Below, one piece after another: positions 55,835 to 63,042 of a DNA stretch of 64,000 nt. The notes beneath the pieces are model-generated. The model made no database searches. It saw only the letters and a list, made by a program, of their open reading frames with translations, and was not told the origin of the DNA. Each line of letters begins with the position of its first letter. The first letter of the stretch is position 1. The stretch comes from a virus. The DNA is taken from IMG/VR virus record IMGVR_UViG_3300029220_000004; one strand, given 5' to 3'. The translations under genes and the position numbers were made by a program.

Positions 55835-56132
55835 ATACATGCTGATTGCAATTCCTATGAGGATTATTCCGTTTTTTATCATAGAGCGGGTTAAACCTAT
55901 AATTAAACCGAAAGGATACGCTTGTCCGGTAGTGGAGCGGTATGCAAGCAAACGATCGAGACATCCGATTTAGCAAATATGACTCTACAAAAAAAGAGAA
56001 CAACTTAGTTATTTAAACGCTGATTCTCCACATAAGTTGTGTTGCAATTGTAGAGCACATAATAAAAATATTATCACACATTCAATTCTTTCTCCTGCTT
56101 TTGTAATGGTGCGGAGTGGGAGAAAGATTCTA

Positions 56133-56202
56133 GGGCTATCGCCAAGTGGTAAGGCACAGCACTTTGACTGCTGTATTCGCGGGTTCGAATCCCACTAGCC
56201 CA
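56133..56202 (+). tRNA. tRNA-Gln (anticodon TTG)
   Basis: Manual cloverleaf: acceptor GGGCTA/TAGCCC, D arm CCAAGTGGTAAGG, anticodon stem CAGCA/TGCTG with loop CTTTGAC, T loop TTCGAAT. Confidence 0.75.
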
Positions 56203-56263
56203 GCTTGCCGGGCTGCGCATGTACCTGGCAATGGTTTATTTTACATAGACCCTCCGACGAAAA

Positions 56264-56315
56264 CCCATCTAGCTCAACGGAGCTGATTAAAGGGGCTTCA
56301 AATGTCCCGGATGGG
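56264..56315 (+). ncRNA. cloverleaf-like element lacking a T arm
   Basis: Closing stem CCCATC/GATGGG encloses GCTC-AACG-GAGC and GGGGC-TTCAAAT-GTCCC hairpins. Not a canonical tRNA. Confidence 0.3.
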
Positions 56316-56437
56316 AATCATCGTAAAAACGATGTACTCTATTTATCCATGACATTTGTTGCGGCTGGTGGCAAAGAACCGCAACAGTAGAAGCAAATCA
56401 ACTCAAAATCTGCAATCCGGGAGACTGCTTCTACTCA

Positions 56438-56510
56438 GGAAATTTAGTTCAGCGGTTAGAACGCCCGGCTCATAACCGGGAAGTCCTGAGTTCGAATCTC
56501 AGAATTTCCA
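56438..56510 (+). tRNA. tRNA with CAT anticodon (Met or Ile2)
   Basis: Acceptor GGAAATT/AATTTCC, D arm GTTCAGCGGTTAGAAC, anticodon stem CCCGG/CCGGG with loop CTCATAA, T arm CTGAGTTCGAATCTCAG. Confidence 0.85.
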
Positions 56511-56869
56511 TTTCTTCCGTATGCTACCCATCCGTTTTATGGGCAGAAAAAACTTTCGGATGAGCGTATGTGAATCAGAATGAGCAAAGGTATGTAACGG
56601 CATAGGCTTGTGCTTGATCTGATTTCCCGTCCGATAAATGTTTCTTAGTTTCAATAAGCCATCACAAGTGCACATTGATGGCAGGGAGTTTTCAAGAAGC
56701 ATAAAGTTAAAAGGCATAATAATATCCGAAACAACTCCGTGGAGCATACCACGGTTACCAAAAAGCCGTCAGGTTGGCAAAAATACGATAGTCCAAGTTA
56801 TGAAAAATTGCCTAGTGGAAAGCATAACACGAAAAAATCATTGCTAACCCGGAACAATCTCCGGGTTCT

Positions 56870-56940
56870 GGGGGAATAATACCATAAGGGGCAGAGGGCT
56901 GATTAACAGTACCAGGGCGGTTCAACTCCGCATTCTCCCA
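56870..56940 (+). tRNA. atypical tRNA-like RNA with a TTA (ochre-reading) triplet in the anticodon position
   Basis: Acceptor GGGGGAA/TTCTCCC, T arm GCGG-TTCAACT-CCGC, anticodon arm GGGCT-GATTAAC-AGTAC. Against it: A at position 33, one G-A mismatch and a weak D arm. Confidence 0.35.
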
Positions 56941-57040
56941 TTATCCAATCTGTAAATATTGGATATGAGGAAGCTGTCCGAGATGTAAGAAACAGTCGGT
57001 TTGTGGATTGCCGGTACAAATACGCTGAAAATCCACACAA

Positions 57041-57112
57041 GGCAGGGTAGAGAAGTGGAATCTCACAAGACTCATATTCTTGAGAACGGCGGTTCGAATC
57101 CGCCTCCTGCAA
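57041..57112 (+). tRNA. tRNA with CAT anticodon (Met or Ile2), second copy
   Basis: D arm GAGA-AGTGGAA-TCTC, anticodon stem CAAGA/TCTTG with loop CTCATAT, T arm GGCGG-TTCGAAT-CCGCC. Pair 1:72 is mismatched. Confidence 0.8.
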
Positions 57113-57234
57113 CTTAATCCGTCTATCATTCAGCGGATTAAAACAAATTCTCAATACACCTTCTTTCTATGAATGTGGAACTCAACCCAATTGCTCTTTC
57201 ATTGGAGTGTTTGACCGTTATAGGCGGCAACTAT

Positions 57235-57349
57235 GGCGAGGTAGCTCAATTGGTAGAGCAGTAAAAAGATTGCAAGTCATGTTTGTGACTTCTACAGCAA
57301 TTCTTCCATTACAAGGTACGTGTTGATGGTTCGACTCCATCCCTTGCCA
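57235..57349 (+). ncRNA. 115-nt tRNA-shaped RNA with an extended bulged helix in place of the anticodon arm
   Basis: Canonical acceptor GGCGAGG/CCTTGCC, D arm GCTC-AATTGGTA-GAGC and T arm GATGG-TTCGACT-CCATC. However, 65 nt lie between the D and T arms, forming GTAA/TTAC + GATTGC/GCAATT + AAGTCA/TGACTT helices with a CTACA bulge and a TGTTTG loop. Confidence 0.5.
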
Positions 57350-57503
57350 CTATGTGGTGCTTACAGCAATTATTCTGGATATGACTGTTAATCATAAAAA
57401 CCAAAAGCATCATGAAAATTTTAGGGGACACTTACAGCAACTTATTTATTAATAAAATCTTAGGCGAATATTTTATATTTTTGTGTCCTGAAAGGAGAAA
57501 AAC

Positions 57504-58961
57504 ATGGATTTCGCAAACGCAATGAAAGAAGAAGGTAAATTCACAAGAACTGAAAATGGCGCAGTCGCACTGAGCACTACAAGCGATGCAAGACTTGACT
57601 TGTTTGGAACTGTTGGAGCATTAAGAGATGCTGATGAGAATAGAATCACTACATTGTTCTCAGAAGCGTATGCACAGGACAAGCTCTTTGCAACAAAGAT
57701 TGCTTTTTACGCAAGAGATATTCGTTGCGGACTTGGAGAAAGAAAAACTTTCCGAACCATTATTCGCTATATGGCAGAGTATCATCCAGAAGCGCTCAGA
57801 CCAAACCTTGATTTGACTGGAGTGTTTGGAAGATACGATGACCTCTATGAATTGATTGGGACACCACTGGAAGATGATATGTGGAAAACCATGAAAAATC
57901 AGTTCGAGGAAGATCTGAAGAATCTCAATGATGGCAAAGCAATTTCTCTGCTTGCCAAATGGATTAAAACTGCTGACGCAAGTAGTGCAAAGACTAGAAA
58001 ATTAGGAATTATGACTGCACAGAAGTTAGGCTATCCAGTTTACAACTTTAAGAGAATCGTTCGCAGCATGAGAAAACAGATAGGTGTTGTTGAAAGCCTC
58101 ATGTCTGCCGGTAAGTGGAACGAGATTAAATATCCAGAAGTTCCAAGCCGTGCAATGATGATTTATCGTAGAGCCTTTGCAAAGCATGATCCAGATAGAT
58201 TCAGCGAATTTATCAATAAAGCTGATAAAGGAGAAGCTAAAATCAATGCTTCAACCTTGTATCCATACGACATCGTAGAAAAAATCCTTTATGGAAGAGA
58301 AAACAACAAAGTTCTTGAAGCACAGTGGAAAGCACTTCCAGATTATGTTGAACAGGGAACAAATGCACTGATAATGGCTGATGTATCTGGCTCAATGTAT
58401 GGAAGACCAATGGCAACGTCAATCGGTTTGGCAATATATTTTGCCGAGAGAAATACAGGAGCATATCATAATTTGTTTATGACATTCTCTAGTTGTCCAC
58501 AGATTGTTTCTCTGAATGGAGAAACACTTCATCAGAAAATAATCAATGTTGCAAAAGCAAATTGGGGCTATGGCACAAACCTTAAAGCTGCATTTGAGAA
58601 AGTACTCGATATTGCTGAAGAGAACAACGTTTTACAAGAAGAGATGCCGAAAGCTATAGTCGTTATCTCTGATATGGAAATTGATTATAGTGGGAATAAG
58701 GATTGGACTTTCTATGACAAAATGGAAAAGAAATTCCGAAAAGCCGGATATGTTATTCCGAATATTATCTTTTGGAATGTCAACAGCAGACATGACGTAT
58801 TCCATGCAGACGCCACAAGAAAAGGTGTACAGCTTGCAAGTGGTCAGTCGGTAACAGTATTCAAACAGGTATTACAGAACCTTGGATACAATCCGATTGA
58901 AACTATGGAAAACATAATCAATTCAGAAAGGTACGACTGCATTACAATTGAGAAAATATAA
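57504..58961 (+). CDS. DUF2828/TROVE-like helical domain + vWA (MIDAS) protein
   Basis: 485 aa. N-terminus ...TENGAVALSTTSDARLDLF...FYARDIRCGLGERKTFR (DUF2828 style). C-terminal vWA domain with DVSGSM...T...SDME MIDAS-like residues. The architecture parallels Ro60. Confidence 0.65.
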   Translation: MDFANAMKEEGKFTRTENGAVALSTTSDARLDLFGTVGALRDADENRITTLFSEAYAQDKLFATKIAFYARDIRCGLGERKTFRTIIRYMAEYHPEALRPNLDLTGVFGRYDDLYELIGTPLEDDMWKTMKNQFEEDLKNLNDGKAISLLAKWIKTADASSAKTRKLGIMTAQKLGYPVYNFKRIVRSMRKQIGVVESLMSAGKWNEIKYPEVPSRAMMIYRRAFAKHDPDRFSEFINKADKGEAKINASTLYPYDIVEKILYGRENNKVLEAQWKALPDYVEQGTNALIMADVSGSMYGRPMATSIGLAIYFAERNTGAYHNLFMTFSSCPQIVSLNGETLHQKIINVAKANWGYGTNLKAAFEKVLDIAEENNVLQEEMPKAIVVISDMEIDYSGNKDWTFYDKMEKKFRKAGYVIPNIIFWNVNSRHDVFHADATRKGVQLASGQSVTVFKQVLQNLGYNPIETMENIINSERYDCITIEKI

Positions 58962-58968
58962 AACATAC

Positions 58969-59050
58969 GGAGCGAACTAGGTGTAGTGTAGTGGTTCGAT
59001 TCCACTTGTGGGCGTAGCTCTTGCGAATAAGGTTTCCACCGTTTTTTTTG
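58969..59050 (+). ncRNA. T-arm-containing structured element ending in a T-run, just after the TROVE-like gene
   Basis: AGTGG-TTCGATT-CCACT (58990-59006) lies inside a GGAGC/GCTCT closing stem. T8 at 59042-59049. No acceptor partner found. Confidence 0.3.
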
Positions 59051-59092
59051 ATTTTTTGACGATACAATAAAATCAGATTTGGTTAGTTAAGT

Positions 59093-59175
59093 GGTGCATT
59101 GCTGTAATGGTAACAGAGAGACTTGCTAAGTCTTCCAACAGAAATGTTGTCCGTGTTCGAATCACGGATGCACCG
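59093..59175 (+). tRNA. tRNA-Ser (anticodon GCT)
   Basis: Acceptor GGTGCAT/ATGCACC, D arm CTGT-AATGGTA-ACAG, anticodon loop TTGCTAA, long variable arm CAACA-GAAA-TGTTG, T arm CCGTG-TTCGAAT-CACGG. Confidence 0.85.
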
Positions 59176-59236
59176 TTCCAATGAAATGCAATCATTGGAA
59201 GGATTTCATTTTTATCTTACCTTTCTATGAATGGTT

Positions 59237-59288
59237 TCCAGTACTCCACGTTGGGTGGCTAGTTACGGTTCAAGTCCGTGTACTGGAA
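59237..59288 (+). ncRNA. 52-nt mini tRNA-like RNA lacking an anticodon arm
   Basis: Acceptor TCCAGTA/TACTGGA, D-like hairpin CCAC-GTTGG-GTGG, 5-nt linker, T arm TACGG-TTCAAGT-CCGTG, then TTTTT. Confidence 0.45.
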
Positions 59289-59310
59289 TTTTTGTTTAGA
59301 GAGGTGGATT

Positions 59311-59490
59311 ATGGAAGAAAAAGATTATTGTTGTACATGTAAATGGTACGCGACATACGAAGGCGTTTGCTGTAATGGTGACAGTGAACATTGCGCAGAT
59401 TTTAGATGTCTTGATGATAGCTGTGAATGTTGGGAGGACATAGGAGATGACTGTACAAGAAGTAAAGAAAATGGAAGAAGATTTATCTGA
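59311..59490 (+). CDS. small Cys-rich protein
   Basis: MEEKDYCCTCKWY... after GAGAGGTGG. Confidence 0.5.
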   Translation: MEEKDYCCTCKWYATYEGVCCNGDSEHCADFRCLDDSCECWEDIGDDCTRSKENGRRFI

Positions 59491-59752
59491 TTACAAAAAG
59501 GTATTTTCGGAATTAGAAGAGAGATGTAGCCAAGAAGCATTGGAATACTGGCATCGTCATTTGTGGTATGGACTTACTATTCAGTCAAATGCTGAAGCAG
59601 CAACCCCAAAAGATGGAGAACCCCCTAAACATCCTTTAAAATTAGCAGATTGGCTAATTGACAGAGGATTAAAAGATGGGATCCGATTATACGGAAAGAA
59701 TGAGCTTAAACAAATTGCCAAACACCTTTTAATTTATTGTGAGGACGAATAA
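59447..59752 (+). CDS. hypothetical protein
   Basis: 101 aa, RBS GGGAGGA. Confidence 0.5.
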   Translation: MTVQEVKKMEEDLSDYKKVFSELEERCSQEALEYWHRHLWYGLTIQSNAEAATPKDGEPPKHPLKLADWLIDRGLKDGIRLYGKNELKQIAKHLLIYCEDE

Positions 59753-59913
59753 TGCAAATAGCAGGTAAAGAAATCAACGATGAATGTTCCAAGTGCGGAA
59801 ATATTCTCGAATGCGAGTTGTTTAGTCAAGGACATGGAATAAAACAGGAACGTGAGAATGTAGCGAAGATGATTGAGTGCCAGATGAAACATAGGGAAGA
59901 CAGGGAGAAATGA
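59752..59913 (+). CDS. hypothetical protein (53 aa)
   Basis: Start overlaps the upstream stop. Confidence 0.45.
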   Translation: MQIAGKEINDECSKCGNILECELFSQGHGIKQERENVAKMIECQMKHREDREK

Positions 59914-59917
59914 GATT

Positions 59918-60202
59918 ATGGAAAATGATTTATTGTTACGAGATAAACGTAAATGTCCACTTTGTGGAGGAACGGTAATCAATACAGGAGTGGATATCTT
60001 TGGCGGCGACGTAGATGCTGCAGGTTTGAGAACTGATGCAGAATGGATTTGTACAAACTGCAAAACTGAATTTAATAGTGAATTTTGTCTCGAATCTGAT
60101 AGGATTAAGACGATTTATAACGCAAAGGCCACATTACTTGATAAAAAAGATTGTCAACCTAACTTTCTTGGAGAGTCAAGCACTAATAGAGGAATGTGGT
60201 GA
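59918..60202 (+). CDS. zinc-ribbon protein
   Basis: CPLCGG...CTNC. Confidence 0.5.
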   Translation: MENDLLLRDKRKCPLCGGTVINTGVDIFGGDVDAAGLRTDAEWICTNCKTEFNSEFCLESDRIKTIYNAKATLLDKKDCQPNFLGESSTNRGMW

Positions 60203-60208
60203 TATAAA

Positions 60209-60417
60209 ATGATAAAATTTTAGTTCCTGGAACATTAAAAAGAATAAATTGCGGAAAATGCGGAGCAGTGTTGCAGTACGATGAAAAAGAAGATGTTAAA
60301 GAAGAATGCATAGAAAAAATGTTTTCTACAAATATGCCATCTGGACGTGGACGTAAGCAGAAATATATCATATGCCCACAGTGCAAGAATAAAATAGTTA
60401 CGTGGTCTACAAGATAG
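60209..60417 (+). pseudogene. zinc-ribbon protein with its start separated from the ORF by a 1-nt frameshift
   Basis: ATG ATA AAA TTT TAG stops after 4 codons. One more A in the A4 run gives MIKILVPGTLKRINCGKCGAVLQYDE...CPQCKNKIV. Confidence 0.5.
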
Positions 60418-60428
60418 GAGAAGATGCC

Positions 60429-60668
60429 ATGATTAAGAAACTCTGCAATTTCTATATAAGACACAAGACAAAAAATCTCACAAGGATTCCATTGTTCACA
60501 ATGACTTTTGACTGGAAGAAGTTTCAGAAAGACGGAAAAGAAAACAGTTGTATGTTATATACCTTGCATCCAGACATCGCAAAAGACCAATTTCTAAAAG
60601 AGAAATTATCTGAATGTGTAGATTATATCCGGGATAACTATGATATGGAAACGTTTACCAAAATCTAA
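60429..60668 (+). CDS. hypothetical protein
   Basis: 79 aa starting MIKKLCNFY. Confidence 0.45.
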   Translation: MIKKLCNFYIRHKTKNLTRIPLFTMTFDWKKFQKDGKENSCMLYTLHPDIAKDQFLKEKLSECVDYIRDNYDMETFTKI

Positions 60669-60686
60669 GGGAGGCAGTTATGAGAA

Positions 60687-60959
60687 TTGAAGACATGGCA
60701 ACATGAGATTTTAGACAAGGATAATAAAATCAACGAGCTTCAGGCTGAACTGGATAAAATGTGTGCTTATAACAATGAGTTAAAAAGACAGGTGGACGAA
60801 AAGGCAGATACGCCATTTTATGACGAATCTGTAGAAATCGTAAAATATCACAGGCAGCATCAGTCCGATTGCATCACAATCAATCAGCTTCAGACTGCAT
60901 TGGACGTAATAGTTGACCGATATTATGCAAATCTAAGAAAGGTTCATGGAGTGAACTGA
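60687..60959 (+). CDS. hypothetical coiled-coil protein
   Basis: 90-aa ORF. The start is unclear: TTG, or an upstream ATG at 60680 in another frame. Confidence 0.4.
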   Translation: MKTWQHEILDKDNKINELQAELDKMCAYNNELKRQVDEKADTPFYDESVEIVKYHRQHQSDCITINQLQTALDVIVDRYYANLRKVHGVN

Positions 60960-60960
60960 C

Positions 60961-61134
60961 ATGGGCGTAGAAACAAAAGGTTATCCAGAATGGAGGACGA
61001 AGATACAACAGGCACCTGTCAAAGAAATTGCTGACTTTGCGAAATCATATCCGCACGAGTATATGAGAAAATGCTTAGAGCAATATCCGTATTGGGGAAA
61101 CAAAGACAATGGTTTTGAACGGCAGAAAATTTAA
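60961..61134 (+). CDS. hypothetical protein (57 aa)
   Basis: RBS GGAGTG. Confidence 0.45.
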   Translation: MGVETKGYPEWRTKIQQAPVKEIADFAKSYPHEYMRKCLEQYPYWGNKDNGFERQKI

Positions 61135-61146
61135 GGAGATTTTTTA

Positions 61147-61380
61147 ATGAGTATCAAATCAGCATTTGAATCTGAGGGGATAGATTTTTCTCAGGTAATG
61201 AACCCACCGGAGCCGTGGGACGGACGGGCATTAATAAAGAACATCAATGGCAAACTGTGGTATTGCTGTCCTTTTTGCGAGAAGAAAGCACTTCTGATTA
61301 GTCCAGATACAAAAATTCAGCATCTTAAATTGAAGTGCAAGGGTAGTAACTGTAAGAAAGAATTTGAGGTGAATGTATGA
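61147..61380 (+). CDS. cysteine-rich KTR-like protein
   Basis: CCPFCEKK...LKCKGSNCKKEFEV. Confidence 0.55.
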   Translation: MSIKSAFESEGIDFSQVMNPPEPWDGRALIKNINGKLWYCCPFCEKKALLISPDTKIQHLKLKCKGSNCKKEFEVNV

Positions 61381-61697
61381 ATACTTGTTATGATTGTGCA
61401 TGTTCAAAAATTGAAACAGACGGCATTCTTAAAGCTATTGATTCTATAAAAGTGCCTGATGAAGATGTTATTAAAACAGTTGCCAGCGATGCGGAAGAAC
61501 TTCAAAAGACTAAACCTGTGGAACTGGACGAACTTTCGGAAGAAACCAAGTTTAGAATTTATAAATTAATTGTAAATGAAATTGGAAAGCATTTTTACAA
61601 TTGCGAGATGCGTATGTCATATAAAGACTTTATACTTGTTGAGGATTGCATCAGAAAAGTTTTGCAAGGAGAACAAGATGAACACAAAACGGATTAA
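61377..61697 (+). CDS. hypothetical protein
   Basis: 106 aa, ATGA overlap. Confidence 0.5.
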   Translation: MNTCYDCACSKIETDGILKAIDSIKVPDEDVIKTVASDAEELQKTKPVELDELSEETKFRIYKLIVNEIGKHFYNCEMRMSYKDFILVEDCIRKVLQGEQDEHKTD

Positions 61698-61854
61698 ATG
61701 TATTTTGACAGGTGGATGCAAGTTCAAAAGTTCTGATACAGAATCGAAATGTAATGACAAAGAAAAAACTTGCACTATTACAGAAACTTGCTGCAAATGC
61801 GGAAAGAAATATACAGCGGTATTTACTTACAAACAATTAGGTATTCCAGATTGA
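61678..61854 (+). CDS. small Cys-rich protein
   Basis: RBS AAGGAGAA. Confidence 0.45.
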   Translation: MNTKRIKCILTGGCKFKSSDTESKCNDKEKTCTITETCCKCGKKYTAVFTYKQLGIPD

Positions 61855-61863
61855 GGTTAATGT

Positions 61864-62184
61864 ATGAGCAAATATTTTGTAGTAAATTTTCCAATAAAGA
61901 TTTTTGCTAAAGACAAAAAAGTTGTCGATGCGTTGGCAAATATTGATGTGTACCATGAAAAAGATAAGAGAATTATTTTTGTAGAATTTGTCACACTTTA
62001 TACTGTTTTTCCAAAAGAATGTGTTTTTGAAATAGGATATCTTAAAAAGAAATTCAAATTCTTACATGTTGAGCCACACGTATCTGATTCTGGACTATAT
62101 AAAATAAAAATTCAATATAAACGAGAAGAAGATATAAAAGAAAAAGATGAGTGGTGGGATTCACTTAGAAGTATTGTGAGGTGA
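61864..62184 (+). CDS. hypothetical protein
   Basis: 106 aa. Confidence 0.5.
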   Translation: MSKYFVVNFPIKIFAKDKKVVDALANIDVYHEKDKRIIFVEFVTLYTVFPKECVFEIGYLKKKFKFLHVEPHVSDSGLYKIKIQYKREEDIKEKDEWWDSLRSIVR

Positions 62185-62188
62185 GTAA

Positions 62189-62776
62189 ATGAAAAAGATA
62201 CCAACATTATTTGAGCGAGAATTTAAAGACCATAAGGTTGTAAAGGTTCTTCCGAAAGTGCATCCGGGCATGGAATGGGTACTTAAAGGAGAAGGTGTTG
62301 CAACAGTCAAATACGACGGTTCTTGCTGCGCGATAATTGACGGAGAATATTATAAAAGATATGACTGCAAGAAAGACAAAATACCACCAGAGGGATTTAT
62401 TCCTTGTTGTGAGCCAGATTCCATTACAGGTCATTGGCCGGGATGGGTAAAGGTTGATGAGAATAATCCGTCTGATAAGTGGTTTGTAGAAGCATATTAT
62501 GTAACTTCAATGTGGACAAATCAAGGCCTTAAATTGCCGGATGGCACATATGAAGCTTACGGAAAACATTTTCATGGCAATCCGTATAATGATGATTACG
62601 ATGCCTTGATAAAGCACGGCAAAGAAATCGTTGAAGTCGAAAGAACATTCGAGGGAATCAAAAAATATCTTTCTGAACACGAGATAGAAGGATTAGTTTT
62701 CTGGAAAGACGGAAGCCCACAATGCAAAATCAAACGTTCAGATTTTGGCTTTGAATGGCCGGTCAAGAAAGCGTGA
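62189..62776 (+). CDS. minimal ATP-dependent RNA/DNA ligase-like nucleotidyltransferase
   Basis: Motif I KYDGS (ATVKYDGSCCAI), motif IV-like EGLVFW, motif V-like CKIKRSDF. 195 aa. Confidence 0.6.
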   Translation: MKKIPTLFEREFKDHKVVKVLPKVHPGMEWVLKGEGVATVKYDGSCCAIIDGEYYKRYDCKKDKIPPEGFIPCCEPDSITGHWPGWVKVDENNPSDKWFVEAYYVTSMWTNQGLKLPDGTYEAYGKHFHGNPYNDDYDALIKHGKEIVEVERTFEGIKKYLSEHEIEGLVFWKDGSPQCKIKRSDFGFEWPVKKA

Positions 62777-62780
62777 CCAA

Positions 62781-62975
62781 ATGAACAAAATCAGAAAAAT
62801 ATGTTGGATAATTGTGAATTTCATAATATTCAAATGGGTAGCAGATTATTTGATAGCCACAATTCAAATGACAATTGAAAATCATTGGGGACTTTCGGCG
62901 GTTCCGTTATTGTTCATGGCAATATTCGCAGAATGGAAAGTAATTGAAAATATTTTTACGGAATTTAATAAATAA
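62781..62975 (+). CDS. small membrane protein
   Basis: Two TM helices. Confidence 0.45.
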   Translation: MNKIRKICWIIVNFIIFKWVADYLIATIQMTIENHWGLSAVPLLFMAIFAEWKVIENIFTEFNK

Positions 62976-62995
62976 ACCAGTCAAAGAGCCACACG

Positions 62996-63042
62996 AGAGC
63001 CAGACTAAATCCTAAAAAGAAAGGAGGTCTGGCTCTATTTTT
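62996..63042 (+). terminator. 9-bp hairpin plus T-run that encloses the TerL RBS
   Basis: AGAGCCAGA/TCTGGCTCT with AAAGGAGG in the loop, followed by ATTTTT and the ATG. Confidence 0.5.

Noticed and set aside
56264-56315. T-armless tRNA-Leu (CAA) reading of the cloverleaf-like element
   Set aside because: Seven unpaired nt lie between the D-like and anticodon-like hairpins, and there is no T arm or variable arm. It is kept only as an unexplained structured element.
56511-56869. Group I intron inside the tRNA array, suggested by AATACGATAGTCC at about 56783
   Set aside because: I found no flanking split tRNA exons, and I could not find a matching P7 5' strand or a P3/P8 arrangement. Similarity to the core motif alone is insufficient.
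56205-57154. ORFs 56205-56390, 56499-56747, 56638-56847, 56903-57154 and 56941-57129
   Set aside because: They overlap tRNA genes or structured spacers, lack RBSs and have odd composition. The region is RNA-coding.
58990-59006. A full tRNA gene at the TTCGATT T-arm downstream of the TROVE-like gene
   Set aside because: No complementary 5' acceptor strand, D arm or anticodon arm could be found on either side, including upstream of the 57504 gene (split-gene test).
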